Of a stretch of 64,000 nt of DNA, positions 8,210 to 18,030 are shown piece after piece. The notes under the pieces are model-generated. The model made no database searches and was not told the origin of the DNA. It saw only the letters and a list, made by a program, of their open reading frames with translations. Numbering within the stretch: position 1 is the first letter of the stretch; every line of letters begins with the position of its first letter. The position numbers and the translations under genes are program-made. Source of the DNA: a virus (lineage: Duplodnaviria; Caudoviricetes); IMG/VR virus record IMGVR_UViG_3300030095_001206, positions 1 to 64,000 of that record. The stretch is one strand, 5' to 3'.

Positions 8210-9381
8210 TTCTTTTTATAATCACACATTATATGAGTGGGATATGTTCCTCCCTGCTTATTTCTAATGTTCCACATAAATTTATACAATGAACTTTCCA
8301 TATGTATATCAATACGTTTACCTGTACCTGAAGATCCACCATAATTAACAGTAATACCACCTGTGATGTTAGAGGCTTTCTTCATAAATGCTTTATCAAC
8401 TTGATACATTTGAACTTTTCCTACCCCACCATGAACCATCCAATAATTATATCCTATAGCATACTGTAACATTGTTTTTATCATATTAATATCTGCCTCT
8501 GAGGTAGTATCAACCTTTGAACCTTTATAACCTTTACCATACTTTTCAAAAACTGATGCAAATTCAACTGGATCGATACCAAACATTTTAAAAATACCTT
8601 TACCAATTGAATTAGTATAACCACTATAACCAGTTTGTTTAGTGAAATAATTTTTATAGTCATTTGGTAAAAATATTCTACCAACACCAGAATTGATAAA
8701 GGTTAAAGTATTTCCATGTTTAAGAGAGAGGTATACTTTTTGTTTATTTCTAAACTCTGTAGTAATATCAGTGATTGTGCTGCCAATATCTAAAGTATCT
8801 CTTCCACCAGCAGTGACATATAATTTACTAGTATTTCCTGCTATTGGTCGTGGTTGATTCCTTCCACCTACAGCTTCAACACCAATAAGTCCTCCAGGAA
8901 TTGCTATTTTCTCAAGCAATTCCTTTGCCTCTTTCTCATATGGAGTTGGTTTACATTGACAATTCAAATAACAATCAAGACTTTCATAGAAATCTTTTTC
9001 AAATTTAATACCCAGGTTTACCCTTTTACCAGTTTGTCCTCCAAATTCTTCTGTTTTTTCCAAGTCATTTAATTTAACTGTCTCTATTGTACCATCATCT
9101 ACATACTTTCCAGTAAATTTTAACGAACCTTTACCATTCAAAGCATTTTCCAAACGAGCATATGCTTCTTGATAATCAGACATCTGATCTGTCTCAAAAG
9201 CAACTATCTCCTCATTCCCTTCAGTAAAAACTAACGCTTCTGCATCAAACTGTCCTCCCTTTACTCCATTACCTGGTCTAACCAAAAATCTATTCATATA
9301 ACCAGGAAAATGAAAGAACTTCTTTAAAAGAATTTCTGCTCTATCTCCTTTCTTAATCTGAGTTTTATCTAACTTTGCCAT
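8206..9381 (-). CDS. Putative PD-(D/E)xK-fold endonuclease
   Basis: NLGIKFEKDF helix, TITDIT strand, YLSLK motif. Confidence 0.55.
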   Translation of the reverse strand: MAKLDKTQIKKGDRAEILLKKFFHFPGYMNRFLVRPGNGVKGGQFDAEALVFTEGNEEIVAFETDQMSDYQEAYARLENALNGKGSLKFTGKYVDDGTIETVKLNDLEKTEEFGGQTGKRVNLGIKFEKDFYESLDCYLNCQCKPTPYEKEAKELLEKIAIPGGLIGVEAVGGRNQPRPIAGNTSKLYVTAGGRDTLDIGSTITDITTEFRNKQKVYLSLKHGNTLTFINSGVGRIFLPNDYKNYFTKQTGYSGYTNSIGKGIFKMFGIDPVEFASVFEKYGKGYKGSKVDTTSEADINMIKTMLQYAIGYNYWMVHGGVGKVQMYQVDKAFMKKASNITGGITVNYGGSSGTGKRIDIHMESSLYKFMWNIRNKQGGTYPTHIMCDYKKK

Positions 9382-9394
9382 CAAACTTTCTAAG

Positions 9395-9401
9395 TATTTA
9401 G
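9395..9401 (-). promoter_or_regulatory. Late promoter (CTAAATA)
   Basis: TAAATA core just upstream of ATG 9381. Confidence 0.55.
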
Positions 9402-9404
9402 ATA

Positions 9405-9566
9405 CTAACCTCCGCCAAAATCATATTGATTTTCGCTTATAAACTCAAGGTAAGCATACCAATCGTGTTGTTCACACCCATTATTTAAAGCATCATACAT
9501 TAGATCAACAGTATTATGATGAGGAAATATAGGATGCTTACAGGTGTATTCGGGTACAACAAACAT
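9405..9566 (-). CDS. Small hypothetical protein (start revised to MFVVPEY)
   Basis: TAATG coupling with upstream stop at 9566. Confidence 0.65.
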   Translation of the reverse strand: MFVVPEYTCKHPIFPHHNTVDLMYDALNNGCEQHDWYAYLEFISENQYDFGGG

Positions 9567-9895
9567 TAGAAATGATCCTCCAGTCCTTCCTGTGGTACAG
9601 GTTTCCAATCCTTACCATAATACTTCTCTAGTATATTATGGTGTGGAGCACGATCAAGTTGTTCTTGTGTAAACTTATGAGACTTAGGTGGCTCTGGTGG
9701 GAACAACTCTGTCTGTATACCATGTGCTTCCCAAAACCATTCCTCTGGATCTTCACCCTTCATATGAGTGAACCCATAAAAAGAACCATCATCCCTTACA
9801 TACAAGAAATGATGGTCATGTGGATTGAGTAACCACATCTGACGAATCTTATCAGTAGTCTTATATCCTATCTCTTCCTTGGTTAACTTCTTCAT
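9566..9895 (-). CDS. Hypothetical protein
   Basis: TAATG coupling; starts MKKLTKEEIGY. Confidence 0.75.
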   Translation of the reverse strand: MKKLTKEEIGYKTTDKIRQMWLLNPHDHHFLYVRDDGSFYGFTHMKGEDPEEWFWEAHGIQTELFPPEPPKSHKFTQEQLDRAPHHNILEKYYGKDWKPVPQEGLEDHF

Positions 9896-10089
9896 TAACA
9901 ATCACACAAATCAGGGTATCCATTTTCACACCAATGTTGTGATGTACCAGCAGATTCTGTTACGGTACAATTCCATAGTTGATCTTCAGTAGGTGGTGTC
10001 CAATCAAAATTAGATGGAAGTGATATTCCTCCACCAATATTTGTTCCACATCCTACTAGTAATGGTACTAGAAATAATAATTTTTTCAT
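9895..10089 (-). CDS. Putative small lipoprotein
   Basis: MKKLLFLVPLLVGC signal peptide with lipobox; further Cys residues. Confidence 0.65.
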   Translation of the reverse strand: MKKLLFLVPLLVGCGTNIGGGISLPSNFDWTPPTEDQLWNCTVTESAGTSQHWCENGYPDLCDC

Positions 10090-10265
10090 TTTTTAGTAGT
10101 GTTGCTTCGTGTTCTGTTGTGAATTGCTATGAACTTATCACCAGCAAAGGTTCCACCAAGACACACATCAATCTCATCTCCATCTAACCAGTTCATATCA
10201 CCATTCATTTTGGTGTGTAACATGGCTTCCTGAATCTTATCGATTACTTCTTGGGTTAACTTCAT
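10086..10265 (-). CDS. Small conserved cyanophage hypothetical protein
   Basis: MKLTQEVIDKIQEAM...VCLGGTFAGDKFI; ATGA overlaps at both ends. Confidence 0.75.
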   Translation of the reverse strand: MKLTQEVIDKIQEAMLHTKMNGDMNWLDGDEIDVCLGGTFAGDKFIAIHNRTRSNTTKK

Positions 10266-10738
10266 TCTTCCTCCTCCATAGGTGTTGACCATTCACCTTG
10301 TATCTTACCATCTTTATAATGATACCTATCAGGAGATGATGCACCCATATCCTCTAAACACCACTCCTCACTATCATCATAAACTTCTTTCTTATAAATT
10401 GCATATCTTCTCCAATGTGCAATAAAATAAAACTCATCCTTTATCCACTCTTTATCCTCACAAAAAGCTAATAACCATTTCTCAATATCAATAGTATCAA
10501 TACCATTCATTCCTGGTGTGAACTCTTCATCTTCACAATCAACATACTTATAGTCATCATTCTTTTCTTTATAGAACTCTTGGAATACTTCCCAGTCATA
10601 CTGATAAGCATCAAATTCTTTGGGAGATGTCCACAACTCTACAGTTGCCATTTGATACTTATCAAAAGAAAATGTGGTGTCATTGTATTCACCAACTTCT
10701 TCACCCTCTACAATAAGGGGTTTAAAATCATCGCTCAT
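10262..10738 (-). CDS. Acidic hypothetical protein
   Basis: ATGA overlap with mazG stop; Asp/Glu/Trp-rich. Confidence 0.75.
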   Translation of the reverse strand: MSDDFKPLIVEGEEVGEYNDTTFSFDKYQMATVELWTSPKEFDAYQYDWEVFQEFYKEKNDDYKYVDCEDEEFTPGMNGIDTIDIEKWLLAFCEDKEWIKDEFYFIAHWRRYAIYKKEVYDDSEEWCLEDMGASSPDRYHYKDGKIQGEWSTPMEEEE

Positions 10739-11151
10739 AGGTCACCCTCCTTTCTGTTTTCTGAATAGTGGACATCAAACTCTCCACCAGGATATCGTGC
10801 CTTTAACTTCTCTACATTCATCTCAATGATTTCATTGAAGTCAGTATCAAGTGCCATACATGCCTGAGCAACATACCACATTATATCTCCAAGTTCTCTT
10901 TTCATATGAAAGATGTTCTCATCATTCACAGGCTTACCTTGGAATACCATCTTCTTTACTACTTCAGTAAACTCACCACCTTCAGCACAAATGCCAAGAG
11001 CAGCAGTTAGTAAACGATGAACAGGGATTCCATCAGGATCTTTCTGTATCTCAAAGCACCTAGAGTTGAATGAAATATAATCATTCGATTCTTTAGATGT
11101 TACTGCGTCTACAAACTCAGTATACTTTTGGGTATCAACTTGTTTTGTCAT
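10735..11151 (-). CDS. mazG: MazG-family nucleoside triphosphate pyrophosphohydrolase
   Basis: LGICAEGGEFTEVVKK and RELGDIMWYVAQAC motifs. Confidence 0.93.
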   Translation of the reverse strand: MTKQVDTQKYTEFVDAVTSKESNDYISFNSRCFEIQKDPDGIPVHRLLTAALGICAEGGEFTEVVKKMVFQGKPVNDENIFHMKRELGDIMWYVAQACMALDTDFNEIIEMNVEKLKARYPGGEFDVHYSENRKEGDL

Positions 11152-11167
11152 AGTTAAAATTCAATCA

Positions 11168-12565
11168 TTAGAATTTAAGTTTACTAAATTTTTCCCTAAG
11201 AGGTTTCTTATCAGAGAAAGCTTTCTCTGCTAGATCATCATACTCTTCTTCACTCCCATTGTCAAGAAGATCTTTTTGAGCACTTTGCTCACAGTCATAT
11301 AGTCTCATCTTAGCACGGTCAATACCAACCACAAACCTCTTATTAATGGTTGGATCATTGTATCTATTCTTTAATTGTTTAACTAATATCTGTCCCAGAG
11401 CTTCCAACTCTTCTGTAGAAATAAGGGCAAACATAAGGTCAGCAGTAGCAGGGAGTCCAAAAGATTCAGAGGTGTCAGTAAGGTCCACATCGCTACTAGC
11501 AAAGCCGCTACGAGTAGTTTGAGTGGCAGATACAATCGGAACGTTCGCCTCAACTGCGAGACCCCTAAGTTCTTCTGCGATTGCTTTGATGTACGAGTAG
11601 GAATTGACATTTGCATTACCACGATACCTACTAGAGGCACAAATATTGAGATAATCTATGAATATTATATCAGGTCTGAATGATTTCTTCAACGCAAGTT
11701 CATTTAATAGCGATTTAAAATGTCCTGAATGAGCAGATGCAGTAGGGTACTCTTTTATAATTAACGTTCCTTGCGTTTTCTTAGCAAGAGAAGTGACCTT
11801 ACTCTCAAACATTGGTTTAGGTAGGTCTGTAATCTCTTGAATATTAACATTTAAAAGATTTGCGTCAATGCGTTCAGCAATTTTCTCCTCTGCCATTTCC
11901 ATAGTAACATAGAGTACGTTACGTCCGTTAGTGAGACAGGAGCTAGCCATATGGCACATGAAGAGAGACTTTCCAACACCTGTACCAGCGAGAGCGATAT
12001 TAAGAGTCTTATTAGGAATACCACCTTTCGTAATTTTGTTAAAGTACTCCAAGTCGAACGGTATCGTATCCTCCTTTCTGTGGTACGATTCATACCTTTC
12101 TTCATAATCTTTGAGGTAGTCATGGCCAATGTTGTTATCAAATGATACTGCTAATGCATCTGAAAGAATACTTGGTATAGCACCCTTCTCCTTCTTAGCA
12201 TCTTGTCCGTCAGCAATTTTTATGGACTCCATAAGTGCAAGATAGATTGCTCTATCCCTACACCACTTCTCACTAGTATTAAGTAACCACTCTTCATCTG
12301 ATGGAGAATCATCGAGTACTCCAATCAACTCTGTAATCTGTTTGTATAATTCTTCTGTTACATCATTACGCTTTTCTACTTCAATATAAAGTGCTTCCTT
12401 AGATGGAAGTTCATCATAATCAGTAATAAAGGTAGCAATCTCTTCAAAGGTAATCTTCTGAGAAGGTTGCTCAAAATAATCACCTTGAATAAAAGGCACT
12501 ACCTTTCTGGCATAATCTTCATTGTAAAGGAGACTTCTTAGTATTAGAAGTTCAACGTTATCCAT
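11168..12565 (-). CDS. gp41: Replicative helicase (T4 gp41)
   Basis: Walker A AGTGVGKS, IFIDYLNI, SATQTTR, KQLKNRY. Confidence 0.97.
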   Translation of the reverse strand: MDNVELLILRSLLYNEDYARKVVPFIQGDYFEQPSQKITFEEIATFITDYDELPSKEALYIEVEKRNDVTEELYKQITELIGVLDDSPSDEEWLLNTSEKWCRDRAIYLALMESIKIADGQDAKKEKGAIPSILSDALAVSFDNNIGHDYLKDYEERYESYHRKEDTIPFDLEYFNKITKGGIPNKTLNIALAGTGVGKSLFMCHMASSCLTNGRNVLYVTMEMAEEKIAERIDANLLNVNIQEITDLPKPMFESKVTSLAKKTQGTLIIKEYPTASAHSGHFKSLLNELALKKSFRPDIIFIDYLNICASSRYRGNANVNSYSYIKAIAEELRGLAVEANVPIVSATQTTRSGFASSDVDLTDTSESFGLPATADLMFALISTEELEALGQILVKQLKNRYNDPTINKRFVVGIDRAKMRLYDCEQSAQKDLLDNGSEEEYDDLAEKAFSDKKPLREKFSKLKF

Positions 12566-13088
12566 AGTGAAGGTAAGTACTCATAATATACTTGGGGTTG
12601 CCTATAGGGGCTTGCCCTGAATGTGGGTATTCCCAAGTGGGTGGAAATAGTATAGCATACCCTGTGGTAGCTCTGAATGATAATCCCTGTTGAGGAAATA
12701 CAGTTTGTCCACCAACAGGAACAGAATTCAAATAGAACAACATAGAAAGACAACGTTTAGCACTAGCATAATCGCTGACATCTACATGCTCATCAAAACG
12801 ATCTTTACCACCAACATTATACTTCTTAATCCTAAACTCTTCAAAGAATCTAGCAGGTGGAAGGTATTCTGTTGCTGGTATGTCTTGCTTGTAGCGTTTT
12901 AAAGCATCTAAAGCATACCCAGATAGTGTTGATACTATCTTAGCATGATGTTGATTTAAATTCAACTGTGTGAAAGTAGGTCTAGCCTCATTGTCCACAC
13001 GTTCATGATGCTGTACATCTTCGTCAAATAGTTTTATCAGTGCATCACAGAGTTCATCTGGTAATGCACCATGATAATCACGCACCAT
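12558..13088 (-). CDS. 2OG-Fe(II) oxygenase (prolyl-hydroxylase-like)
   Basis: HVD...H iron ligands, LFYLN, KYIMSTY; start revised to MVRDY overlapping the uvsX stop. Confidence 0.88.
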   Translation of the reverse strand: MVRDYHGALPDELCDALIKLFDEDVQHHERVDNEARPTFTQLNLNQHHAKIVSTLSGYALDALKRYKQDIPATEYLPPARFFEEFRIKKYNVGGKDRFDEHVDVSDYASAKRCLSMLFYLNSVPVGGQTVFPQQGLSFRATTGYAILFPPTWEYPHSGQAPIGNPKYIMSTYLHYG

Positions 13089-14082
13089 AACTATATTCCT
13101 TCTTAGCACATTCGTCTAAAGCTTGCATCACTTCAGGCGTAAAATACTTTTCAGGATTTTCGTAAATATTCTTCGGATAAACTTTTGCCTCTCCAATCTG
13201 GAAGCGGTTTCCAGCTTTTGTAAAGACTCCATGTTTTTCTCCCAATCCGAGTAAACCATAATAGGGGTCGAGTCCTGATTTGTAGGAGAGTCTGAGTTCG
13301 ACACGTTTGTTTTCTTTACTTAACCTTGATTTATGAGTCTCCGCTTTGATAATATTTCCGACGACTTCCGTTCCATCCTTCTCCTTTTTCTTTCCGAGAT
13401 AAATGATCGTACTCGCTGCGTACTTGAGACCGCTACCTCCCCCCATTTCTTTAGTTGGTATGTAAGCTCCGACAACATCATAAGTGTGATTAGTGACTAA
13501 CATTGGTATTTTAAGCTTACCTAGCTTTAATGTCAAGATCCTAAAGATTGATTTAACAACTTGTGCTCGTGTCATATCACGAGTTTCTTTACCAGCACTG
13601 GCATCTTCAATTTCTTTAGTGGTACTCAACATACCTAAGGAGTCAAGAACAAACATCATTGGAGGACGTTTTTCTTCATTCCCTAACTTATCTAGTATTT
13701 TTATACTTTGTTCACGAAACTCCTGAACCGTTGTTACAGGAACAATGATCATACGAGAAGAATCTATACCCCTCTCTTCAACCATTTGTTTTGTTATCGC
13801 TGACTCAGATTCAAAATAGATAACACCAGATTCAGGATTATTGTCCAAGAAAGACTTGACAATGCTAAGAACAAAGAAAGTTTTACCCGTGCTTGACTCC
13901 CCCGCAATCGCTGTAATCTTGTTCGCAGCGATACCGCCACGTATCGAACCCGATACCAATGCATTAAAGAGGTAACAGCCAGTATCGATAAAAGAATCAC
14001 AGTCCCCTGCTGAAACACCGTCACTAACGATTGAAGCGTACTCATTGTCAATCTCCTTTACAATAGATTTCAAAAAATTCAT
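13078..14082 (-). CDS. uvsX: RecA-like recombinase
   Basis: [35 protein letters not shown]. Confidence 0.96.
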   Translation of the reverse strand: MNFLKSIVKEIDNEYASIVSDGVSAGDCDSFIDTGCYLFNALVSGSIRGGIAANKITAIAGESSTGKTFFVLSIVKSFLDNNPESGVIYFESESAITKQMVEERGIDSSRMIIVPVTTVQEFREQSIKILDKLGNEEKRPPMMFVLDSLGMLSTTKEIEDASAGKETRDMTRAQVVKSIFRILTLKLGKLKIPMLVTNHTYDVVGAYIPTKEMGGGSGLKYAASTIIYLGKKKEKDGTEVVGNIIKAETHKSRLSKENKRVELRLSYKSGLDPYYGLLGLGEKHGVFTKAGNRFQIGEAKVYPKNIYENPEKYFTPEVMQALDECAKKEYSYGA

Positions 14083-14083
14083 G

Positions 14084-14542
14084 TTAAATACCTAATAGTT
14101 TCTTTTGACGTTCAAAATAGCCATGGAGAATCCAGGAACTGCTGTTCATTTTGTCATCCCCACCGATACCCCAAGCAAACTCTACGTTTGGATGATCATC
14201 ATACTGATCAATTTCTGGCGTATTACTTTTTCCACGGTCACCTCCATTGGCAAAGACTACCGTTTGTGCTATCTCCAAGCATTTTGCGATTGCTCCACAC
14301 GCAGAATCATCTTCATCATTCCAGGAGATAACTGCATCTACCATATCAAGATGTCTGATGATCTCGGCTCTTTCCTTCCATGACTGGAAGTACTGCCCTT
14401 TCTTACGTGTCAACCACTCTTCAGTGTTGATGCCAACCACAAGATAATTAGAGAGATCTTTTGCTCTCTTAAAGTATGATATATGTCCACTGTGGATTGG
14501 ATCAAACCCACCAGTAACCAAACTCACTTTTTCAAAAAACAT
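14084..14542 (-). CDS. TagD/RfaE-like cytidylyl/adenylyltransferase
   Basis: [28 protein letters not shown] motifs. Confidence 0.88.
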   Translation of the reverse strand: MFFEKVSLVTGGFDPIHSGHISYFKRAKDLSNYLVVGINTEEWLTRKKGQYFQSWKERAEIIRHLDMVDAVISWNDEDDSACGAIAKCLEIAQTVVFANGGDRGKSNTPEIDQYDDHPNVEFAWGIGGDDKMNSSSWILHGYFERQKKLLGI

Positions 14543-14844
14543 TAATCCTCATGTTTGTGAGATAGTTTACCAGACATTTCATATGCCTCCTTGTTACCAC
14601 CATGACCATGTGCGATACCTAGTTCATGCATTTTAGCATGTTCGTCAATAGCGTCTCTAAGTCCTTTTTTACCTGGTCCTAATGTAAGATAAAGTCCATA
14701 AGCAACTAAACCTAGAACAACTAAACCAAAGAATAAAATAAATCCCTGATCAGGAGTAAGACTTAGGTGGGGTATGATAGCATCAGGTTGCTTCTCCCAT
14801 GTACCAGGTAAATTATATACTGATGGTGTTGATAAAAAAATCAT
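14542..14844 (-). CDS. psbN: PsbN-like single-TM protein with His-rich extension
   Basis: TM helix then AYGLYLTLGPGKKGLRDAIDEH, similar to the PsbN GYxLYxAFG...LRDPFEEH consensus. Confidence 0.6.
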   Translation of the reverse strand: MIFLSTPSVYNLPGTWEKQPDAIIPHLSLTPDQGFILFFGLVVLGLVAYGLYLTLGPGKKGLRDAIDEHAKMHELGIAHGHGGNKEAYEMSGKLSHKHED

Positions 14845-14978
14845 AATGCTACCTCTTGTTGTTTAAGTTTTCTGTCATTTTTTACCTCCTTTAATAAATG
14901 ATAAAGTCTAGTATCTCCACCCAATGCTAGTGCATTGACTATTGTATCCAGATCTTGGTCGTTGATAGGTAATTCCAT
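14841..14978 (-). CDS. 45-aa hypothetical protein missing from ORF track
   Basis: MELPINDQDLDTIVNALALGGDTRLYHLLKEVKNDRKLKQQEVAL; starts directly after gp43 stop, ATGA overlap downstream. Confidence 0.7.
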   Translation of the reverse strand: MELPINDQDLDTIVNALALGGDTRLYHLLKEVKNDRKLKQQEVAL

Positions 14979-17471
14979 CTAAGTAAAAAAGGATTCAAGA
15001 TTTACAGTTTTCTCACTACTCCACCCAATAGAGTCGAGAATGATTTTTAAAGGTTCCAAGAATGACTTATTGAATTGTAAGTCATAGTCGATATATTTGT
15101 CCAGCCCTAATTCCTTAGGGAAGTCCTGAATAAATGATATGACGTTTTCATGGATTGGATTAGGCTTAGAGAGATAGCAGAACTTAATCTTCTCACCATT
15201 TTGAATAAGAGAATACTTATGATCCAACTTATTCTGTTTGACATAATAATTATAAAGAAGTGAACCTCGGCAATGTATCGGAGTACCCTTCTCATATATC
15301 ATGTTGACACTTTTATACTTCTCCACATCAGAAACTGAACGTGGAAAAGCAATGTCTTCTGGTGGCATAGAACTGAATTTATTACGACAGTCATTAATAA
15401 ACTCAATGACATCATCTTCAGTCCCTGTCATGATCTTGTTAAATGCATCCTTCAACATTTGACGACAAGGTGCTGGAGTTGAAGACTTAACAGCCTCAAT
15501 CCCCATCACTTTCAGTTTAGGATTTTCATAACGAACTCCTTCACTATCCCAAACGTTAAGGATGTATCTTTTTTTAGCAGTCCAGATGCCTCTATCAGCG
15601 ATGTTCTCTCGCTTCATAAACATCTTCTGATCATATGCGTTTACATAAGACGCAAGTTCAGCATACGACTTTTCAATGAACGGTTCAAATTGCTCCTGAC
15701 ACGCTTTATCCAAAAAGTTAACAATTTTTGTCTTATCAACATCCTTGTCTTGACCAAAGATAGTCTGAACAAGATGTCCCAGATTGAGATATATGGAATC
15801 AGTATCAGAAGCGATGACATAATCTTTGTTATCAGTCTTAAGCAATTTATTTAGATACGCATTCATCTTACCTTCTATCCATCGGATAGAGAACTGCCCT
15901 GATAAAGTAATTGCTTCTGCGTTTTCTAGTTTATAATACCTGAAGTAATTATTACCGATAGCACCATAAGCAGAATTGAGTTGTATCTTCTTCGCCATCT
16001 GAATGTTATTACATCTAGCAATCTCCTTCTCCAACTTCTTGCTAGGGGCATTCTCATATTGCTGCCTAGCAGTAAGCATTCTCTTCTTAAAGATGACCCT
16101 TTCATTGTAGATCTTCTCCATAAGTTCAGGAAGGAACCCACGCACATCCTTCCTATATTGTGCTCCATTCGCACAAACTGCATAATCTCCATCAATAGTA
16201 CACTCCTTTTTTAAGAGCCTCTCAACGCTTGAACTGGGATGTCGAGTCTCCCTGAGGGTCTCTGGGGAAATGTTATATTGCATAATAAGGTGAGGATACA
16301 GACTATTGAGGTCAAAACTAACCACCCAATCATAGCTTCCTGTTTTCGGTTCCTTGACATAAGCACCTGCATATTTGTCAGTTTTTTCAACACTCTTCTT
16401 AGGAGGAATAACAATATCCCTCTTCTTCAAATAGTTATAAATTATTGAATCCCAAGTCCTAACCTGATAGAACACATCGGTGAAATTCACCTTAGCATCA
16501 TATGCCATAGTCAAGGCAAGTTCAATCAACTTCATCTTATCCTCAAGTCTGTCAACTAGTTCCACGTCAATGACGTTGTACTCAACAAACTTTTGCCAAT
16601 TCCCACTATAGAAATCTTTAAAGGTATCAAACTCAGAGTGATCTAATTTCTTTTGCCCTAGTTCTACTTCTGCAATGTGGTCAAGACGATAGGATTCTCT
16701 ATTAGTATAAGTAAATTTCTTATACAAGTCAAGATAATCTAATTGTGTCACGCCGCCAATATCAATTGATATGTGCTGCCTACCTTTAATATAAACCTCA
16801 CCCTCAGTCACAAGTCCCCAAGGTGACAAACGTTTCATTAACTTAAGACCTAAGACACGCTTAAGTCTTCCTGCAATATATGGTATATCAAATAACTGTA
16901 CGTTCCATCCAGTAACAACCTCTGGTGTATATTTCATCCACCAATCAATAAACTTATTAAGTAAATCAAACTCATCAGTACATTGAATGTACTTATGATT
17001 CTTCTGCTTAACCTGAAATGGTTTAACTCCCCAAGTTATAATTCCTTTTGTTGCATAATCCTGAAGACTAATAGTAAGAACTTCCTCTACACAAGAATGC
17101 ACATCAGGAAATCCCTGCTCAGTCGTAGTCTCAATATCAAGGGTGACTAATTGAATCTTGGATATGTCAAACTTAATCTCATCTTGAGGATACTTCTCTG
17201 AAATATACTGATAGATATACCTTTCATTACCGTAAATATTAAATCCTTCTACGTCCTGATACTTCTTATAAAACTCACGGCAATCACGAACATAACCTGG
17301 TTGGATAGGTTCAACATACTTACCCTCTAATGTTTGATACTTAGTTTTCTTCTTAGAATCAACAAAAAGAGTGGGTCGCCATTCTTCCCTATCAGTAAAC
17401 CTTTTCCCATTATCGTATCCACGAACAAGGAACTGGTTACCAACAAGTTGGACATTAGTATAAAAACGCAT
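14979..17471 (-). CDS. gp43: Family B DNA polymerase (T4 gp43)
   Basis: Exo DIET, GWNVQLFD; Pol SFDLNSLYP, KIQLNSAYG, ASDTDS; no intein-sized insert. Confidence 0.98.
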   Translation of the reverse strand: MRFYTNVQLVGNQFLVRGYDNGKRFTDREEWRPTLFVDSKKKTKYQTLEGKYVEPIQPGYVRDCREFYKKYQDVEGFNIYGNERYIYQYISEKYPQDEIKFDISKIQLVTLDIETTTEQGFPDVHSCVEEVLTISLQDYATKGIITWGVKPFQVKQKNHKYIQCTDEFDLLNKFIDWWMKYTPEVVTGWNVQLFDIPYIAGRLKRVLGLKLMKRLSPWGLVTEGEVYIKGRQHISIDIGGVTQLDYLDLYKKFTYTNRESYRLDHIAEVELGQKKLDHSEFDTFKDFYSGNWQKFVEYNVIDVELVDRLEDKMKLIELALTMAYDAKVNFTDVFYQVRTWDSIIYNYLKKRDIVIPPKKSVEKTDKYAGAYVKEPKTGSYDWVVSFDLNSLYPHLIMQYNISPETLRETRHPSSSVERLLKKECTIDGDYAVCANGAQYRKDVRGFLPELMEKIYNERVIFKKRMLTARQQYENAPSKKLEKEIARCNNIQMAKKIQLNSAYGAIGNNYFRYYKLENAEAITLSGQFSIRWIEGKMNAYLNKLLKTDNKDYVIASDTDSIYLNLGHLVQTIFGQDKDVDKTKIVNFLDKACQEQFEPFIEKSYAELASYVNAYDQKMFMKRENIADRGIWTAKKRYILNVWDSEGVRYENPKLKVMGIEAVKSSTPAPCRQMLKDAFNKIMTGTEDDVIEFINDCRNKFSSMPPEDIAFPRSVSDVEKYKSVNMIYEKGTPIHCRGSLLYNYYVKQNKLDHKYSLIQNGEKIKFCYLSKPNPIHENVISFIQDFPKELGLDKYIDYDLQFNKSFLEPLKIILDSIGWSSEKTVNLESFFT

Positions 17472-17737
17472 TAATCAAATACTGATTCGTATTTTGCTAG
17501 GAGACTAGTCTTGGGATCAACCAAGGTTAATATTTTATCAGATGATATCATCACTTCGTTCTGATTTGTAATATTAAGTAACCAAGGCTCTACAGTACCA
17601 TCAGGTGTAATCACATAAGGTTCAACCAATTTACAATCAGGTTCTCCTGGAACTGCAGCACCTACTTCTTCAACCGTTGCTATCAGTGTTAGTCCCGTTG
17701 TCAGAACTAAGATTTGTGCGTCTTTCTTTGATGACAT
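17471..17737 (-). CDS. Conserved hypothetical protein (possible Sm-like small beta fold)
   Basis: EPDCKLVEPY...ISSDKILTLVDP; TAATG coupling to gp43. Confidence 0.75.
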   Translation of the reverse strand: MSSKKDAQILVLTTGLTLIATVEEVGAAVPGEPDCKLVEPYVITPDGTVEPWLLNITNQNEVMISSDKILTLVDPKTSLLAKYESVFD

Positions 17738-18014
17738 TTACTTTTTCCTCATAGTTTGTTTTTACTTCATCAACTGGGTCTACTAATGTAACAACCCAAG
17801 TGGGGTCTACTGCTATTTCAGTATCCTTTGATAGGGGCATCCAAGGATAATATGAAAGAGCAAGCTTTGATGAATCTTCCCCGTCCTTAATCTTCACACT
17901 ATAAGGATAGCAAGCAAGATATGCTGCAACTTTGTCTCCATCTTCAAGAACAATCTCACGCCAATCGGCAATGACATCTTCTCCTGACTTTAGTAGTGCT
18001 AGTTTAATTGTCAT
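17670..18014 (-). CDS. Conserved hypothetical protein (possible Sm-like small beta fold)
   Basis: MTIKLALLKSGEDVIAD...PWMPLSKD...WVVTLVDP. Confidence 0.78.
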   Translation of the reverse strand: MTIKLALLKSGEDVIADWREIVLEDGDKVAAYLACYPYSVKIKDGEDSSKLALSYYPWMPLSKDTEIAVDPTWVVTLVDPVDEVKTNYEEKVNVIKERRTNLSSDNGTNTDSNG

Positions 18015-18030
18015 AGAAATATTCTACCAT

